Of a DNA stretch of 64,000 bases, positions 28,967 to 40,042 are shown piece after piece. Both the position numbers and the translations under genes were made by a program. The stretch is from a bacterium (lineage in GTDB: Bacteria > Patescibacteriota > Patescibacteriia > Patescibacteriales > UBA12465), in the NCBI GenBank assembly GCA_030696105.1, contig JAUYNJ010000004.1:77872-141871 (forward strand). The letters run 5' to 3'. The notes under the pieces are model-generated. The model was not told the origin of the DNA. It worked only from the letters and a program-made list of their open reading frames with translations, and did no database searches. Each line of letters opens with the position of its first letter. The stretch's first letter is position 1.

Positions 28967-29683
28967 CTAAATTTTCAACACTTTTATTTCACTGAATAAT
29001 TCTTCTTGTTCAAAAACGAGCTCACGCTGCTTCGCCAACTCGAGTACAGCCAGGATATTTACAATCACTTCAACCTTGCTTTGTGCCTTTTCGAGGAAGC
29101 GCTGGAAGCTTAACGACAGCTGCTCGGCAAGCAGTGAACGAATGTGAATAATACGCTCGTCAATACTCACTTTAGCCTCTAAAACGACCTCAGGGAGCTT
29201 TTTCTCGCGTTTGGTCACTCGTAGCAGGATTTGGCGCCAAAGTGCCTCCATATCCCCTTTTTTGAGCTTAGCGGGAGGATTAAAGACCGGTTCAGACGAT
29301 ACACCCCGTCGTCCACCTTTGACGAAGGCCGGAGCAAACATCATCTTGTCTCGGGCGATTAAAGCTGAGACTTTAAGGCTCGCTTCAATAAACTGCTTAT
29401 ACATTCTCAGCTGCTTTTCTAGGTCACCTAAATCCTCTTCTTCAGCCTCAATACTTAAATATGGTAACAGGGCTTTTGATTTGATGTAGAGCAAACGAGC
29501 AGCGATAACGAGAAAATCAGCAATCTCTTCCGGATCGATATTATCGGCACTTTCGACATAAGCCACGTATTGATCTGCGATCGTGGCTAAGGCAATTTCA
29601 GTTATATCCATTTCTTCGCTCTCGATAAGCTGTAATAATAAGCCGAGCGGTCCTTGGAATTTGTCGGTGCTAAAATCTATCAT
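28967..29683 (-). CDS. scpA: segregation and condensation protein A
   Basis: FQGPLGLLLQLIESEEMDITEIALATIADQY N-terminal signature. Confidence 0.9.
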   Translation of the reverse strand: MIDFSTDKFQGPLGLLLQLIESEEMDITEIALATIADQYVAYVESADNIDPEEIADFLVIAARLLYIKSKALLPYLSIEAEEEDLGDLEKQLRMYKQFIEASLKVSALIARDKMMFAPAFVKGGRRGVSSEPVFNPPAKLKKGDMEALWRQILLRVTKREKKLPEVVLEAKVSIDERIIHIRSLLAEQLSLSFQRFLEKAQSKVEVIVNILAVLELAKQRELVFEQEELFSEIKVLKI

Positions 29684-29686
29684 AAT

Positions 29687-30733
29687 TTATTCAACAGTTT
29701 CGATGGTGGCAGTAGGCATCGCTTTCGTAGCGGCGCCGCCTTTGATATCGTCACGACCCCAGAAAGCACCCTGCACACAATCATAGCCAGCATCGTGATC
29801 CTTGTTGTCACCATAAGGGCGTCTCTCCATCCCCTGACTCGTACTAGAAGCGCGGAAAGTTGCACAGAAAGAAAAGCGGTCTTCCCCATCAAGGCGATAG
29901 ACAATTCTCTCCCCAGTTTCTGGATCAGTTTCGACGCGGGAATCATAATAAACATCACTGCTATTTTTAATTTCATCGAGTGACACTGGCAAACGACCGT
30001 ATTGTGAGTAATAGGTGTTAACGGAATTCTCAAGTTGATAAATATTATTCATGAGAATTGAATCAAGCCGTTTCGCCCGGGCGGTCGCTGGTGATTCCAC
30101 AAAGAACCAAGCAGACACAAAGACAGCGAGAACTAGTGCTGCTGAAATCCAGCCAAACAAAGTAATCACCTTATCTTTATTATCAACTGTCTTGCGCTTC
30201 ATGTCATAGAAGTAATATGAGAAGACGGCTGCGGCCATCACCAGCATGCTCGTGGCCTTCAGAATGAAGCGTGAAGTCATTTCACCAGACAGGAAATTAT
30301 TAATCACACTCACGAATACTCCAAGGATTATAACAGCCGCTACTAAAATAATAAGATAAGTGAGCCAACGGCGCAGCGGTGATTCCATCTCCAACTCTTT
30401 CTTACGTAAGCCCTTGATAATTAAGCGTGAGAGGAAGTAGTAAATCGGAGCAGCGATAAATAATGCAGAAATTGCAAAGCGCAGCTGACTGTCAACGCTA
30501 TCATAGGAATTAAAAGCAATCGCATCAGTCACGGTGCGGTCGATAATACCAAAGACTATCATCTGCACGGAGACGGCCGTGAAAATTAAAGCGGCTAAGG
30601 ACAGCAAGTAGTAAAAAGCGTACTTAGCGTTAATATTGTTTTGCATATTATTTTTTTCCTCTCGTATTGAAATAATCAAGGCAGCGGCGAGCAATACGAG
30701 AAAAGGAATTATTAAAAATCCGATGAAAGTCAT
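29687..30733 (-). CDS. polytopic membrane protein with an extracytoplasmic C-terminal domain (DUF5671-like N-terminus?)
   Basis: 348 aa with about 7 TM segments. The C-terminal ~120 aa contain YYSQYGRLPVSLDEI, which is reminiscent of pilin or pseudopilin globular domains. Confidence 0.55.
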   Translation of the reverse strand: MTFIGFLIIPFLVLLAAALIISIREEKNNMQNNINAKYAFYYLLSLAALIFTAVSVQMIVFGIIDRTVTDAIAFNSYDSVDSQLRFAISALFIAAPIYYFLSRLIIKGLRKKELEMESPLRRWLTYLIILVAAVIILGVFVSVINNFLSGEMTSRFILKATSMLVMAAAVFSYYFYDMKRKTVDNKDKVITLFGWISAALVLAVFVSAWFFVESPATARAKRLDSILMNNIYQLENSVNTYYSQYGRLPVSLDEIKNSSDVYYDSRVETDPETGERIVYRLDGEDRFSFCATFRASSTSQGMERRPYGDNKDHDAGYDCVQGAFWGRDDIKGGAATKAMPTATIETVE

Positions 30734-30748
30734 GATAAATATTATTGA

Positions 30749-32137
30749 TTAGAATTTTGCATTCTTAGGAGTACGCGGAAACGGAATGACGTCGCGGATG
30801 TTAGCCATGCCGCTTAAATACATAATCGCCCGTTCAAAACCGAGCCCGAAACCAGCATGTGGAATTGAACCATACTGACGCAGATCGAGATACCAGCGAT
30901 AATCCTCAGGATTCATGCCCATCTCACCAATGCGATTTTCAAGACGTTCATAACGCTCTTCGCGCTGTGAGCCTCCGATAATTTCACCAATTCCGGGAAC
31001 AAGCAAATCCATCGCTGCCACAGTTTTGCCGTCATCATTCTGACGCATATAGAAAGCCTTAATTTCTTTTGGATAATCAGTGAGGAACATCGGCTTGTTG
31101 AATATTTTTTCAGCTAAATAACGTTCGTGTTCAGTCTGTAAATCAATTCCCCAGCTAACCGGCACAGCAAACTTCTCGCCGCTCTTTTGTAGCAGTTCAA
31201 TCGCTTCCGTGTAAGTAATACGTCCGAAGTCAGCCGATACAATTGTCTTTAACCTTTCGATCAAACCGGTATCAATAAACTGGTTGAAAAATTCCATCTC
31301 TTCCGGTAGCTCGGTTAAAACATAATTAATTAAATATTTTAACATCCGCTCCGCTAAATCCATGTTATCTTTTAATTCAGCGAAAGCAACTTCCGGTTCA
31401 ATCATCCAGAACTCAGAGGCGTGACGGGTCGTATTCGAATTTTCGGCCCGGAAAGTTGGCCCGAAAGTATAGACCTTATTAAGACCCATAATTAAAGCCT
31501 CAGCATTTAGCTGTCCACTAACCGTAAGACCAGCTTTCTGCCCAAAGAAATCTTTAGCAAAATCAACTTCACCTTCTTTATTCTGAGGCACTTTTTTTAA
31601 ATTGAGGGTCGTGACGTGAAACATTTCACCGGCGCCTTCAGCATCGCTCGTCGAAATTACCGGTGTATGAACATAAGCAAAACCTTCTTCTTGGAAGAAT
31701 TTATGAATGGCGAAACTTAGAGCGGAGCGTAAACGGAAGACAGCTGTAAAAGTATTGCTGCGTGGGCGTAAATGTGCAATCTCGCGTAAGAATTCAAAGC
31801 TGTGTCTTTTTTTCTGTAAAGGATAATCTTCATTTGCTTCATTAATAATTACAACCGCCGAAGCCTTCATTTCAAAAGGCTGACCAGCAGCTGGTGAAGC
31901 AATGAGCTTGCCTTTTACTTCTAAGGATGAACCAATATTTACCTTCTCTAGAATTCCAAAATTCTCTAGGCTCTTATCAACTACCACCTGCAAGCCTTTA
32001 AAAAAGCTGCCGTCATTTAGTTCAATGAAAGCGACGTCGCCCGAAGAGCGAACCGTGCGCACCCAGCCAGCGACCACCAGCTCCTTATCAAGAAACTCGG
32101 CCGTTTCGCGATGAAATTGTTTTATCAATGTGTACAT
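30749..32137 (-). CDS. asnS: asparaginyl-tRNA synthetase
   Basis: Class IIb motifs [27 protein letters not shown] and [12 protein letters not shown]. Confidence 0.95.
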   Translation of the reverse strand: MYTLIKQFHRETAEFLDKELVVAGWVRTVRSSGDVAFIELNDGSFFKGLQVVVDKSLENFGILEKVNIGSSLEVKGKLIASPAAGQPFEMKASAVVIINEANEDYPLQKKRHSFEFLREIAHLRPRSNTFTAVFRLRSALSFAIHKFFQEEGFAYVHTPVISTSDAEGAGEMFHVTTLNLKKVPQNKEGEVDFAKDFFGQKAGLTVSGQLNAEALIMGLNKVYTFGPTFRAENSNTTRHASEFWMIEPEVAFAELKDNMDLAERMLKYLINYVLTELPEEMEFFNQFIDTGLIERLKTIVSADFGRITYTEAIELLQKSGEKFAVPVSWGIDLQTEHERYLAEKIFNKPMFLTDYPKEIKAFYMRQNDDGKTVAAMDLLVPGIGEIIGGSQREERYERLENRIGEMGMNPEDYRWYLDLRQYGSIPHAGFGLGFERAIMYLSGMANIRDVIPFPRTPKNAKF

Positions 32138-32148
32138 ATTTAGAATAA

Positions 32149-33453
32149 TTATGGTCTTAGGCGCTTAACATCACGGGGCAAGAAACAAACTTCCTTGACG
32201 TTATCGGCATTCACAATTTTCATCACTAAACGAGCTGGGCCGATGCCGACGCCGCCATGAGGCGGACAACCGAAGCGGAAAAAATTAAAGTAGTCTTCGA
32301 GCTCTTCCAATTTCATCTCCTTCTCCACGGCCTGCGCCTTCAAGATATCAAGGCGATGTTCACGCTGTGCCCCAGTTGTTACTTCCACGCCGCGATAGAG
32401 TAAGTCGAAGCTTTTTGTTAAGCCTGGATTATTTTCGTGGCGCATGTGATAAAAAGGACGAGCAGCAATTGGATAATCAGTGATAAAGACAAAGTCGTGA
32501 TTCTGCTCTTCTTTTACCAGGCGGCAAATTTCTCTTTCTTCTTCAGGCGATAAATCGTGATCTTTTTCACTTTTAATACCAGCACCTTTCAATTTCTCCT
32601 TCGCTTCCGCTAAGGTCATTTTAGGGAAAGGCAAGATTGGAGTTTCAACATCAAGTCCCATGCCCTCTAACTTCGCAAATCCGGATGCTAAGGCGCGTTC
32701 TTCTTGCGCCATAATATCGTGGTGCGAGTCGATGTAGGCAAATTCAAAATCCCAGCCGGTAAATTCAGTTACGTGACGACTAGTGTAGGAGGCTTCCGCA
32801 CGGAAGACAGGACCGCTGATAAATACTTTTTCAAAACCCGCCGCTATTGCCATCTGCTTGAAGAATTGTGGTGATTGTGAGAGATAGGCTTTGCGATTAA
32901 AATATTTTACCTCAAAAACTTCCGATCCAGTTTCACTAGCGGTATTCATTAAAGACGGTGTATATATCTGTGTAAATTCTTCTTTGAGTAATTGTTCTCT
33001 AAAACCTTCCTCTAACTTTGTCCAAACCTGGAAGATGACGCGATGTTCCGGACGACGTAAGTCGAGCCAACGCCAATCAAGGCGATTTTCTAAATTCGCC
33101 TCATTATCAATTTTATTCATGACCGGTATCGGCAGCGCCGCATCGGCTAAACTAAGTATTTCAAGTGATGATAATAGTAACTCGTAATCAGCAACCGGAT
33201 TGGGATCGTTTTTCTTGGCTGGCTTTTCTTTAAGTTCGCCGGTAACGCGAATGACGCTTTCAAGGGTCAAAGTTTCAGCGGCCTTAAAAGAGTCGCCAAT
33301 TTTCTCTTCGACCACTAGCTGCATATTGCCTGAAATATCTCTTAAATCAATAAAAGCTAATCCCTTCATCAAACGCAGATTCTGAACAAATCCGGCAACG
33401 ACAACGGAACCGCTTTTTTGGGCTTTGGCGGCGGCAATGCTAACTCTTGACAT
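32149..33453 (-). CDS. aspS: aspartyl-tRNA synthetase, short archaeal/eukaryal-type
   Basis: [22 protein letters not shown] and [15 protein letters not shown] motifs. At 434 aa it lacks the bacterial insertion domain. Confidence 0.9.
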   Translation of the reverse strand: MSRVSIAAAKAQKSGSVVVAGFVQNLRLMKGLAFIDLRDISGNMQLVVEEKIGDSFKAAETLTLESVIRVTGELKEKPAKKNDPNPVADYELLLSSLEILSLADAALPIPVMNKIDNEANLENRLDWRWLDLRRPEHRVIFQVWTKLEEGFREQLLKEEFTQIYTPSLMNTASETGSEVFEVKYFNRKAYLSQSPQFFKQMAIAAGFEKVFISGPVFRAEASYTSRHVTEFTGWDFEFAYIDSHHDIMAQEERALASGFAKLEGMGLDVETPILPFPKMTLAEAKEKLKGAGIKSEKDHDLSPEEEREICRLVKEEQNHDFVFITDYPIAARPFYHMRHENNPGLTKSFDLLYRGVEVTTGAQREHRLDILKAQAVEKEMKLEELEDYFNFFRFGCPPHGGVGIGPARLVMKIVNADNVKEVCFLPRDVKRLRP

Positions 33454-33589
33454 ATTTTAAAAAATTAATTACAAAACCTCGCTTACTTAAGCTATTTTAC
33501 CTCTAAATCTTATCGCAATTCCCTGTTTTTAGCAAGTTGAAAAGCTGGGCGAGAGATGTAATTATTTCTAGAAAATATGATGAAAATGA

Positions 33590-34324
33590 CTAAGATTCGT
33601 TCCAGTTGAGCAGGCGCAAATTGAGGTTTTCCCACTCTTTCAATAATCGTGGCGAAAACTTCATATTTTTCACCCCATTACCGTCAACTAAGCGCAGTAA
33701 TTTAATCATGTTATCTGATACGGGAATTAATGATCCATTTACCACCTCTTGTCTCGGCTTGTCAGCACAGGCATCACAAATTAGTCCACCAAGAGAAACA
33801 TCGAAACGGTTCCGCCCGGCACTGAGTATGCCCTCACAAGACACGCATTTATCCAAACGTGGCCCAAAACCAAGCAGTGCCAGTAAGCGCCAACTAAAAA
33901 GCGCTAAGCGAAAGCGTCCGTCCTGCTTATCGAGCTTTTCGCCTGCTGCATCAAGATTACTCAGCCACTTCTCTAGCCAGGCAAATAATTCCGGATCAGG
34001 CTGAGCCTCTCTTACCAAACGATTAAAAAGCATGAAGGCTTGCCCGGCAAAATATAATTTATTTAAATCCTGCTTAATGCCAAGATATGGTTCTTCAATG
34101 ACGGCGGCGCCTACATAATCGTAGCCCTTCCCTTTCACCACTAAAAAGTTACTCAAGGTAATGGGCTCGAGGTGGGCTGCTAGCTTAGAGCCCATTTTAC
34201 GAGCCCCTCTTGCTAACAAGTTCAAACGACCGTGATCGGGTGTATAAACAGAAACGAGGCGGTCAGCCTCGCGCCAGTCACGTCTATTTAGAATTATTCC
34301 CCGCGTTGGGAAAGTTGACTCCAT
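33590..34324 (-). CDS. recO: DNA repair protein RecO
   Basis: N-terminal OB region GIILNRRDWREADRLVSVYT, plus the Cys4 zinc motif CVSC...CDAC. Confidence 0.85.
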   Translation of the reverse strand: MESTFPTRGIILNRRDWREADRLVSVYTPDHGRLNLLARGARKMGSKLAAHLEPITLSNFLVVKGKGYDYVGAAVIEEPYLGIKQDLNKLYFAGQAFMLFNRLVREAQPDPELFAWLEKWLSNLDAAGEKLDKQDGRFRLALFSWRLLALLGFGPRLDKCVSCEGILSAGRNRFDVSLGGLICDACADKPRQEVVNGSLIPVSDNMIKLLRLVDGNGVKNMKFSPRLLKEWENLNLRLLNWNES

Positions 34325-34333
34325 ATAAATAAA

Positions 34334-34726
34334 TTAATCAACCAAATCAAGATAATCTTGTAAAAATAAGGCTGCAGCCACCTCATCACGTCCGGCCTTG
34401 TCTCGTTTTTCGCCCGACAAAGCATCAACCGCCTTACTCGACAATCTTTCATCAACCTCTATTACCGGCACCGCTGACTTTGCTTTTAATTCTTTTAAAA
34501 AGTTTAAATACAAAGGATTGGACGCGACCGCGCCGCCCATCTTCCGCGGTGAACCGATAATAACTAAACCAATATCCTCAGAAATAATAATACTTAGCAG
34601 TGATTTCAAATCAGGGACCGTTTTAAAGGGCAAAGCCATACGCGTTTCCGCGTCCGCCAAAGCCAGTCCAATGCGTTTTTCGCCCCAGTCCACACCAAGA
34701 TATTGTTGTCCTTCTTCGATTTCCAT
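34334..34726 (-). CDS. ruvX: Holliday junction resolvase-like / pre-16S rRNA nuclease YqgF
   Basis: YLGVDWGEKRIGLALAD signature. 130 aa long. Confidence 0.9.
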   Translation of the reverse strand: MEIEEGQQYLGVDWGEKRIGLALADAETRMALPFKTVPDLKSLLSIIISEDIGLVIIGSPRKMGGAVASNPLYLNFLKELKAKSAVPVIEVDERLSSKAVDALSGEKRDKAGRDEVAAALFLQDYLDLVD

Positions 34727-35560
34727 TTATTCAAGCGTTAAAATGCTATAACCATCTTCAGTAACAGCAATAGTATGTTCATAATGAGCGCTTAGTGATT
34801 TATCAGCACTGAGAATTGTAAAACCGTTGTCTGCGACTGTAATCTCATGAGTGCCAATATTAATCATCGGTTCAATACAAATAACCATACCCGCCTTTAA
34901 CTCTAAATTCGCGCGCGAGCGGGGATTAATGCGGTAGTGATAAACATCGGGTAACTCGTGGGCGAAGTAACCGACACCGTGACCGACAAGGTCACGCACG
35001 ACCCCATAGCCGGCGTTTTCAGCTATTGTGTGCACTGTATCACCAATATCATTTAAAGTTGCGCCTGGGCGAACTTTCTTAATTGCGGCTTCAAGACATT
35101 CTTTCGTTACTTTCATTAACCGCTTCGCCTCTTTACTAATTTCACCAACCGCCACTGTTGTACAGGTGTCAGTGTAATAGCCGCCGCCTAGAGAATGAGG
35201 ATTAGTCGGCAGTCCATGCTGCTCACGCAGCTCGGGCTTTACCGGCCACTCCATGCCGATATCAAGATCAATAATATCACCTTCCTTCAAAATGCGGCCA
35301 GGAATAGCCGCGCCGTGAACAACCTCATCGTTAATTGAGGCACAAATAGCCGATGGAAAATATATTTCACCGCCCATCGGGTAATCTTTAAAAGCCGGAC
35401 GACCGCCTGCATCTTTTATCATTTTTAAGAGACTAGCTTCAAGTTCAGCCGTATCTACGCCAGGCTTCACCGCCTCCTTGAGGCGTCTTAAAAAGCCAGC
35501 CAAAAGACGTCCGCCTAAACGGATGGCTTCAATCTCTTCTTTTGTCTTTATATAAATCAT
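34727..35560 (-). CDS. map: methionine aminopeptidase type I
   Basis: VVHG, DIIDLDIG, GHGVG and ICIEP metal-ligand motifs. Confidence 0.95.
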   Translation of the reverse strand: MIYIKTKEEIEAIRLGGRLLAGFLRRLKEAVKPGVDTAELEASLLKMIKDAGGRPAFKDYPMGGEIYFPSAICASINDEVVHGAAIPGRILKEGDIIDLDIGMEWPVKPELREQHGLPTNPHSLGGGYYTDTCTTVAVGEISKEAKRLMKVTKECLEAAIKKVRPGATLNDIGDTVHTIAENAGYGVVRDLVGHGVGYFAHELPDVYHYRINPRSRANLELKAGMVICIEPMINIGTHEITVADNGFTILSADKSLSAHYEHTIAVTEDGYSILTLE

Positions 35561-35562
35561 AA

Positions 35563-35859
35563 TTAACCCTTAAAACCGTCAGTGAACTTTTTAATGGCCT
35601 TCAAATCTAGTAACGTTAAGTCTAGTTTCAACCGGTCACGATGAAGTCTGTACAAATCCTGCCTAATACTATAATCGGAAATGCCAATACCCTTTCGAAT
35701 CTTCTCTTTATATTCTAAAACTAGGTCGAGTACAACCTTCTTATTCTTTTCGCTCAGATTTCGATACTGATAATTTTTACGAACTAAGTCATTCAAACGT
35801 CTTTCAATTACGTAATGAGGTTGGCCCTGAATGTCCTTAAAAAAGTCTTTTAAATCCAT
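35563..35859 (-). CDS. hypothetical basic helical protein in the position usually held by adk
   Basis: 98-aa ORF between secY and map. A terminator and an extended -10 element (35900-35928) lie upstream. Confidence 0.5.
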   Translation of the reverse strand: MDLKDFFKDIQGQPHYVIERRLNDLVRKNYQYRNLSEKNKKVVLDLVLEYKEKIRKGIGISDYSIRQDLYRLHRDRLKLDLTLLDLKAIKKFTDGFKG

Positions 35860-35955
35860 AATATTTGCTTTATATCACAATTATTACTTGATTATAGCAC
35901 AAAAATGTAGCGTTCGCTACATTTTTGTAAAGTATAATCGAATTGATTTTAAAGT

Positions 35956-37227
35956 TTAGAGGCCATCGTATTCACGCATAGTGAGCTGTGACTCAATTTG
36001 TTTAACCGTTTCAATAACAACAGAAACCACGATGAGTAAACTGGTGCCGCCAATAGCGAGTGACTGCAAGCCGGTGAAATATTGCATTATCAGTGGCAAG
36101 ACCGCAATGAGCGCTAAGAATAATGCGCCAACGAAGATAATGCGGTGAGCAGTGAAAGACAGATAATCAGCTGTCGGCTTACCCGGGCGAATGCCAGGAA
36201 TGAAGCCGCCTTGCTTCTGTAAGTTCTCAGAAATACGATCTGGGTGGAAGACAACTTCGGTATAGAAGAAAGTGAAAGCAAATACTAGTAAGAAATAGAT
36301 GATGCCGTAAAATAGCTGATTATTGAAGAGCGTGATTACCTGTGTCGCCAAGTTTGCAATCCAAGCCGAGCGAGCCTGCACAAAGAACTGTGCAATCATC
36401 GGTGGGAATAAGACAACGGAGATGGCAAAGATAATTGGGATAACCCCGGCCATATTCACGCGCAAAGGCAAGTGCGTACTAGAGCCACCAAAAGTGCGGT
36501 TACCGCGGATTTGACGAGCATACTGAACCGGAATATTACGCTGACCTTCATTGATGATAACAACACCAACAACGGTTAAGATAGCAATAACGATGAAACC
36601 GATGAAAGTAAAGAGTTGAGTCTGATCGTAACTGACAATTGCCTGTTGAATTTGCTGCGGGAAAGCGGCAACGATGCCGGCGAAGATAAGTAAGGAGATA
36701 CCGTTACCAACTTTCTTTTCAGAAATAAGTTCACCAATCCACATCAAGAAGATAGTACCGGCTGATATGGTGATGATAATGGAAATAAAATTAAAAGGGC
36801 TAATAGCTCCTAAGATGCCCTGACTTGAGCCCTGTAGCAGGGTGATCATGCCGTAAGCCTGCATCGCAGCGAGTGGTACAGTGGCCCAGCGAGTCCACAT
36901 ATTAATCTTCTGTCTACCACTTTCTTCCTTCTGCATCTCTTCAATCTTGGGAGAAATCATGCCGAGTAGCTGGAAGATAATGGAGGCGGTGATGTAGGGA
37001 CCAATACCCATCAAGACGATGGAAAAGTTTTCCATGCCACCACCAGAGAAGATATTCATTAAACCTAACACCTGATTGGAAGCAAATAAGTTCTTTAAAG
37101 CGACTGCATCGACTCCTGGAACCGGGATGTGAGCGGCCAAACGGAAGATGACAAGCATGGCAAGCACAAAGAGTACGCTGTTGCGTAAATCTTTCACCTT
37201 CCAAATTTGTTGCAATTTATGAAACAT
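35956..37227 (-). CDS. secY: preprotein translocase subunit SecY
   Basis: 10 TM segments. Sequence patterns GIGPYITASIIFQLL and GGFIPGIRPG. Conserved position after rplO. Confidence 0.95.
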   Translation of the reverse strand: MFHKLQQIWKVKDLRNSVLFVLAMLVIFRLAAHIPVPGVDAVALKNLFASNQVLGLMNIFSGGGMENFSIVLMGIGPYITASIIFQLLGMISPKIEEMQKEESGRQKINMWTRWATVPLAAMQAYGMITLLQGSSQGILGAISPFNFISIIITISAGTIFLMWIGELISEKKVGNGISLLIFAGIVAAFPQQIQQAIVSYDQTQLFTFIGFIVIAILTVVGVVIINEGQRNIPVQYARQIRGNRTFGGSSTHLPLRVNMAGVIPIIFAISVVLFPPMIAQFFVQARSAWIANLATQVITLFNNQLFYGIIYFLLVFAFTFFYTEVVFHPDRISENLQKQGGFIPGIRPGKPTADYLSFTAHRIIFVGALFLALIAVLPLIMQYFTGLQSLAIGGTSLLIVVSVVIETVKQIESQLTMREYDGL

Positions 37228-37269
37228 AAATCTAAATTATTATGTTAATCTGGCAAAAAGCCAAATATC

Positions 37270-37686
37270 TTAAGCAGATATCTGGCCCTTGACTGTCTCG
37301 CTCATAGCTACGCCTTCAAACTTAGCCTTGACTGTCAATTTCTGTTTACCAAGAATTTTTACTGGCTTACTTGCGCTTTTAATCAAATCTTTTTGATATA
37401 AAGCCTCAGGATTTACTGTTTCGCCGTCTTTGAAATTGGAGTTTACAGCACTGATAGAAACAACTTGATTTTTAGGCTGTAGTGAACGGAAACCACGGGA
37501 CTTTGGAGTCTGTAAAAGCTGCTGGCGCATACCGAGGCGTTTTAAGCCGCTGACGCCGGAGCGAGATTTCTGTCCTTTCAACCCGCGGGTACTGTAAGTA
37601 CCATGGCCGGAGGAATTACCGCGACCAACGCGCTTTCTCTTTGTAGTAGCGCCGACAGAGCGCTTAATATTATTCAGTGACAGCAT
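37270..37686 (-). CDS. rplO: 50S ribosomal protein L15
   Basis: RVGRGNSSGHGTYSTRGLKGQKSRSG motif and operon position. Confidence 0.95.
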   Translation of the reverse strand: MLSLNNIKRSVGATTKRKRVGRGNSSGHGTYSTRGLKGQKSRSGVSGLKRLGMRQQLLQTPKSRGFRSLQPKNQVVSISAVNSNFKDGETVNPEALYQKDLIKSASKPVKILGKQKLTVKAKFEGVAMSETVKGQISA

Positions 37687-37712
37687 ATAATTTATAATTA
37701 TCTTAAATTCGC

Positions 37713-38393
37713 TTATTTTTTGGCAGCAACTTTTTTATCTGCAGCCTTAGGCTTGTCGCTTTCGGCAGTAGGGGCATCCTTAACAGCTTCGACTTCCTTC
37801 ACTTTCGCTTTCTTGTCGCTAACACGGAGACTGGATAAAGCGGCAATAGTACAACGAGCGTTATTAATTTTATTGTTAGTGCCTAATACTTTACTGGTAA
37901 CATTCTTAATGCCAGCGAGTTCTAAGATCACGCGAGCCACGCCACCGGCGATAACACCACGACCCTGCTTAGCTGGTTTAAATACAATGGAAGCGGCACC
38001 GAGTTTCTGGCGAACAACATGAGGAATAGTTTCGTTTACAACTGGAACTTTAATCATCACTTTTTTCGCGCGGTTAACAGCTTTGTTTACAGCCATAGTA
38101 ACATCGGCGCCTTTGCCGAGACCAATCCCGACACTGCCCTTCTTGTCACCAATAGCAACACAAGCGCGGAAACTCATACGCTTACCGCCACCCATGACAC
38201 GAGTCACACGAGCGATTTCCAAAATGCGCTGCTCAAATTCATCGCGCTGGTCATCACGACCGCGACGATTATCACGACGAGGAGCTCGGCCACCGCGCTG
38301 CTGGCGCTTGTCACCGTAAATGTCCTTCGCGACGACTGCAGCTACTTCAGTGCTGGTGTCTTCAGTTTTTGTTGTTTTGTTATCATCTGCCAT
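37713..38393 (-). CDS. rpsE: 30S ribosomal protein S5 with N- and C-terminal extensions
   Basis: VTRVMGGGKRMSFRACVAIGD and GVIAGGVARVILELAGI motifs. A K/A-rich tail is present. Confidence 0.95.
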   Translation of the reverse strand: MADDNKTTKTEDTSTEVAAVVAKDIYGDKRQQRGGRAPRRDNRRGRDDQRDEFEQRILEIARVTRVMGGGKRMSFRACVAIGDKKGSVGIGLGKGADVTMAVNKAVNRAKKVMIKVPVVNETIPHVVRQKLGAASIVFKPAKQGRGVIAGGVARVILELAGIKNVTSKVLGTNNKINNARCTIAALSSLRVSDKKAKVKEVEAVKDAPTAESDKPKAADKKVAAKK

Positions 38394-38418
38394 ATATAGA
38401 ATCTTATTGCTAATTAGT

Positions 38419-38778
38419 TTAGAAAACTAAGCCCTGTTCACGAGCGCCGTCAGCGACTGCTTTCACGCGACCATGGTAACGATAGGCGCCGCGATCAAAC
38501 ACAATGGCAGTTACACCCGCTTTCATCGCCTTCTCCGCAATTAACTTACCTAAGGAATTTGCAGTTTCAGTCTTGCTCAAGCCTTTGCCTTTAAGTTCAC
38601 GTGCGTGGGCACTAACTAAAGTGCGACCAGCGACGTCATCTACGAGCTGTAAGTACATGCCACGATTCGAGCGAAACACGTTCAAACGCGGTCTCTCTGC
38701 GGAACCGTTGATTTTGGCACGGACGCGTCCAGCGCGGCGGGCGACACGAGCTTTTTTCTTTTTGATAACATTCATCAT
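38419..38778 (-). CDS. rplR: 50S ribosomal protein L18
   Basis: [20 protein letters not shown] and [14 protein letters not shown] motifs. Confidence 0.95.
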   Translation of the reverse strand: MMNVIKKKKARVARRAGRVRAKINGSAERPRLNVFRSNRGMYLQLVDDVAGRTLVSAHARELKGKGLSKTETANSLGKLIAEKAMKAGVTAIVFDRGAYRYHGRVKAVADGAREQGLVF

Positions 38779-38798
38779 ATAGTTAAATCACAATTGCC

Positions 38799-39338
38799 TT
38801 ATTTTTTAGCGGCAGTCTTACCGGCCTTGCGGCGCAAGGTCTCATCAGAGTATTTCACACCCTTACCCTTATAAGGTTCTGGAGCACGAAGTTTTCTGAT
38901 TTTATATGCGGTATTGCCTAAAAGTTCATTATCGATACAAGTAAGGGTGATTGAATTACCTTCAACGACTGCGCTAACGCCAGTTGGCAGTGGGAAAATA
39001 ATCGGGTGAGAATAGCCGAGATTCAGATTTAAATTTGTGCCGCTTAAAGCCGCACGATAACCAACACCGTTAATTTCTAATTTTTTTGTAAAGCCGGTTT
39101 TAACACCAGTCACCATGTTACTCGCAAGAGTACGGAACAAGCCCCAGTAAGCGCTAGCATCCTTTGCTTCGCGATCAACAGTTACAGTCAAAACGCCGTC
39201 AGCAATAGTCACTGAAGCAGGAGCTTTGATTTCCCTTTTGAGCTCACCTTTTGGACCTTTAACAGTCAGAAGGGTGCCTTCAAAAGTGGCGGTTACGCCT
39301 TCAGGCAAGTTAATTGGCATTTTTCCTAATCGAGACAT
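38799..39338 (-). CDS. rplF: 50S ribosomal protein L6
   Basis: MSRLGKMPI...GVGYRA...LGYSHP motifs. Confidence 0.95.
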   Translation of the reverse strand: MSRLGKMPINLPEGVTATFEGTLLTVKGPKGELKREIKAPASVTIADGVLTVTVDREAKDASAYWGLFRTLASNMVTGVKTGFTKKLEINGVGYRAALSGTNLNLNLGYSHPIIFPLPTGVSAVVEGNSITLTCIDNELLGNTAYKIRKLRAPEPYKGKGVKYSDETLRRKAGKTAAKK

Positions 39339-39395
39339 ATGTTCTTAGCGCGGCGCCGGATATAAACTGTTTACATGGGCTACCTGCTGCATTAG

Positions 39396-39806
39396 TTAGT
39401 ACACTTCACCGACAAGCTCTCCGCCAACCTTCTGCCGACGAGCTTCTCTATTAGTCATCATACCGGAGGAGGTTGATAAGATAGCAATACCGAAATTATT
39501 TAAAATTGTTGGAATTTCATCCTTGCCAACGTAAACCCTAGCGCCTGACTTACTGATGCGTTTAATACCATTGATATGTGATTTGCCATTCTTCTGGTAT
39601 TTCAAAACAAGCTTCAGTTGGTCAAACTGGGTGCGACGGCCACTGAGACCGCCGGCAACGATTTCGGCACGGCTAATCCAGCCTTCCTTTTCCAAAATCT
39701 TGGCGATTTCATATTTCATTTTACTCATCGGCATCGACACCTCGCCCTTGCGGACCGCGGCGGCGTTGCGGATTCTTGTAAACATGTCTGCGATGGGATC
39801 TGTCAT
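39396..39806 (-). CDS. rpsH: 30S ribosomal protein S8
   Basis: TDPIADMFTRIRNA N-terminus. Confidence 0.95.
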   Translation of the reverse strand: MTDPIADMFTRIRNAAAVRKGEVSMPMSKMKYEIAKILEKEGWISRAEIVAGGLSGRRTQFDQLKLVLKYQKNGKSHINGIKRISKSGARVYVGKDEIPTILNNFGIAILSTSSGMMTNREARRQKVGGELVGEVY

Positions 39807-39843
39807 ATTTTTATTCTATGTTTAGATAATATTGGCGGCCGAA

Positions 39844-40029
39844 TTACCAGCTGGATTTCTTGATGCCCGGCAAGTCGCCGTTATCGGCTAATTCGCGGAA
39901 GCAGATACGACATAAACCAAAATCACGCATAAAGCCGTGGATGCGGCCGCAGCGCCAGCAACGGTTAATCTTGCGGGTGGAAAATTTTGGTTTGCGCTTC
40001 GCTTTAACGATGAGAGCTGTTCTTGCCAT
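39844..40029 (-). CDS. rpsN: 30S ribosomal protein S14, zinc-binding type Z
   Basis: 61 aa. CWRCGR...CRIC zinc motif. Confidence 0.95.
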   Translation of the reverse strand: MARTALIVKAKRKPKFSTRKINRCWRCGRIHGFMRDFGLCRICFRELADNGDLPGIKKSSW

Positions 40030-40042
40030 ATATATATTTAAA

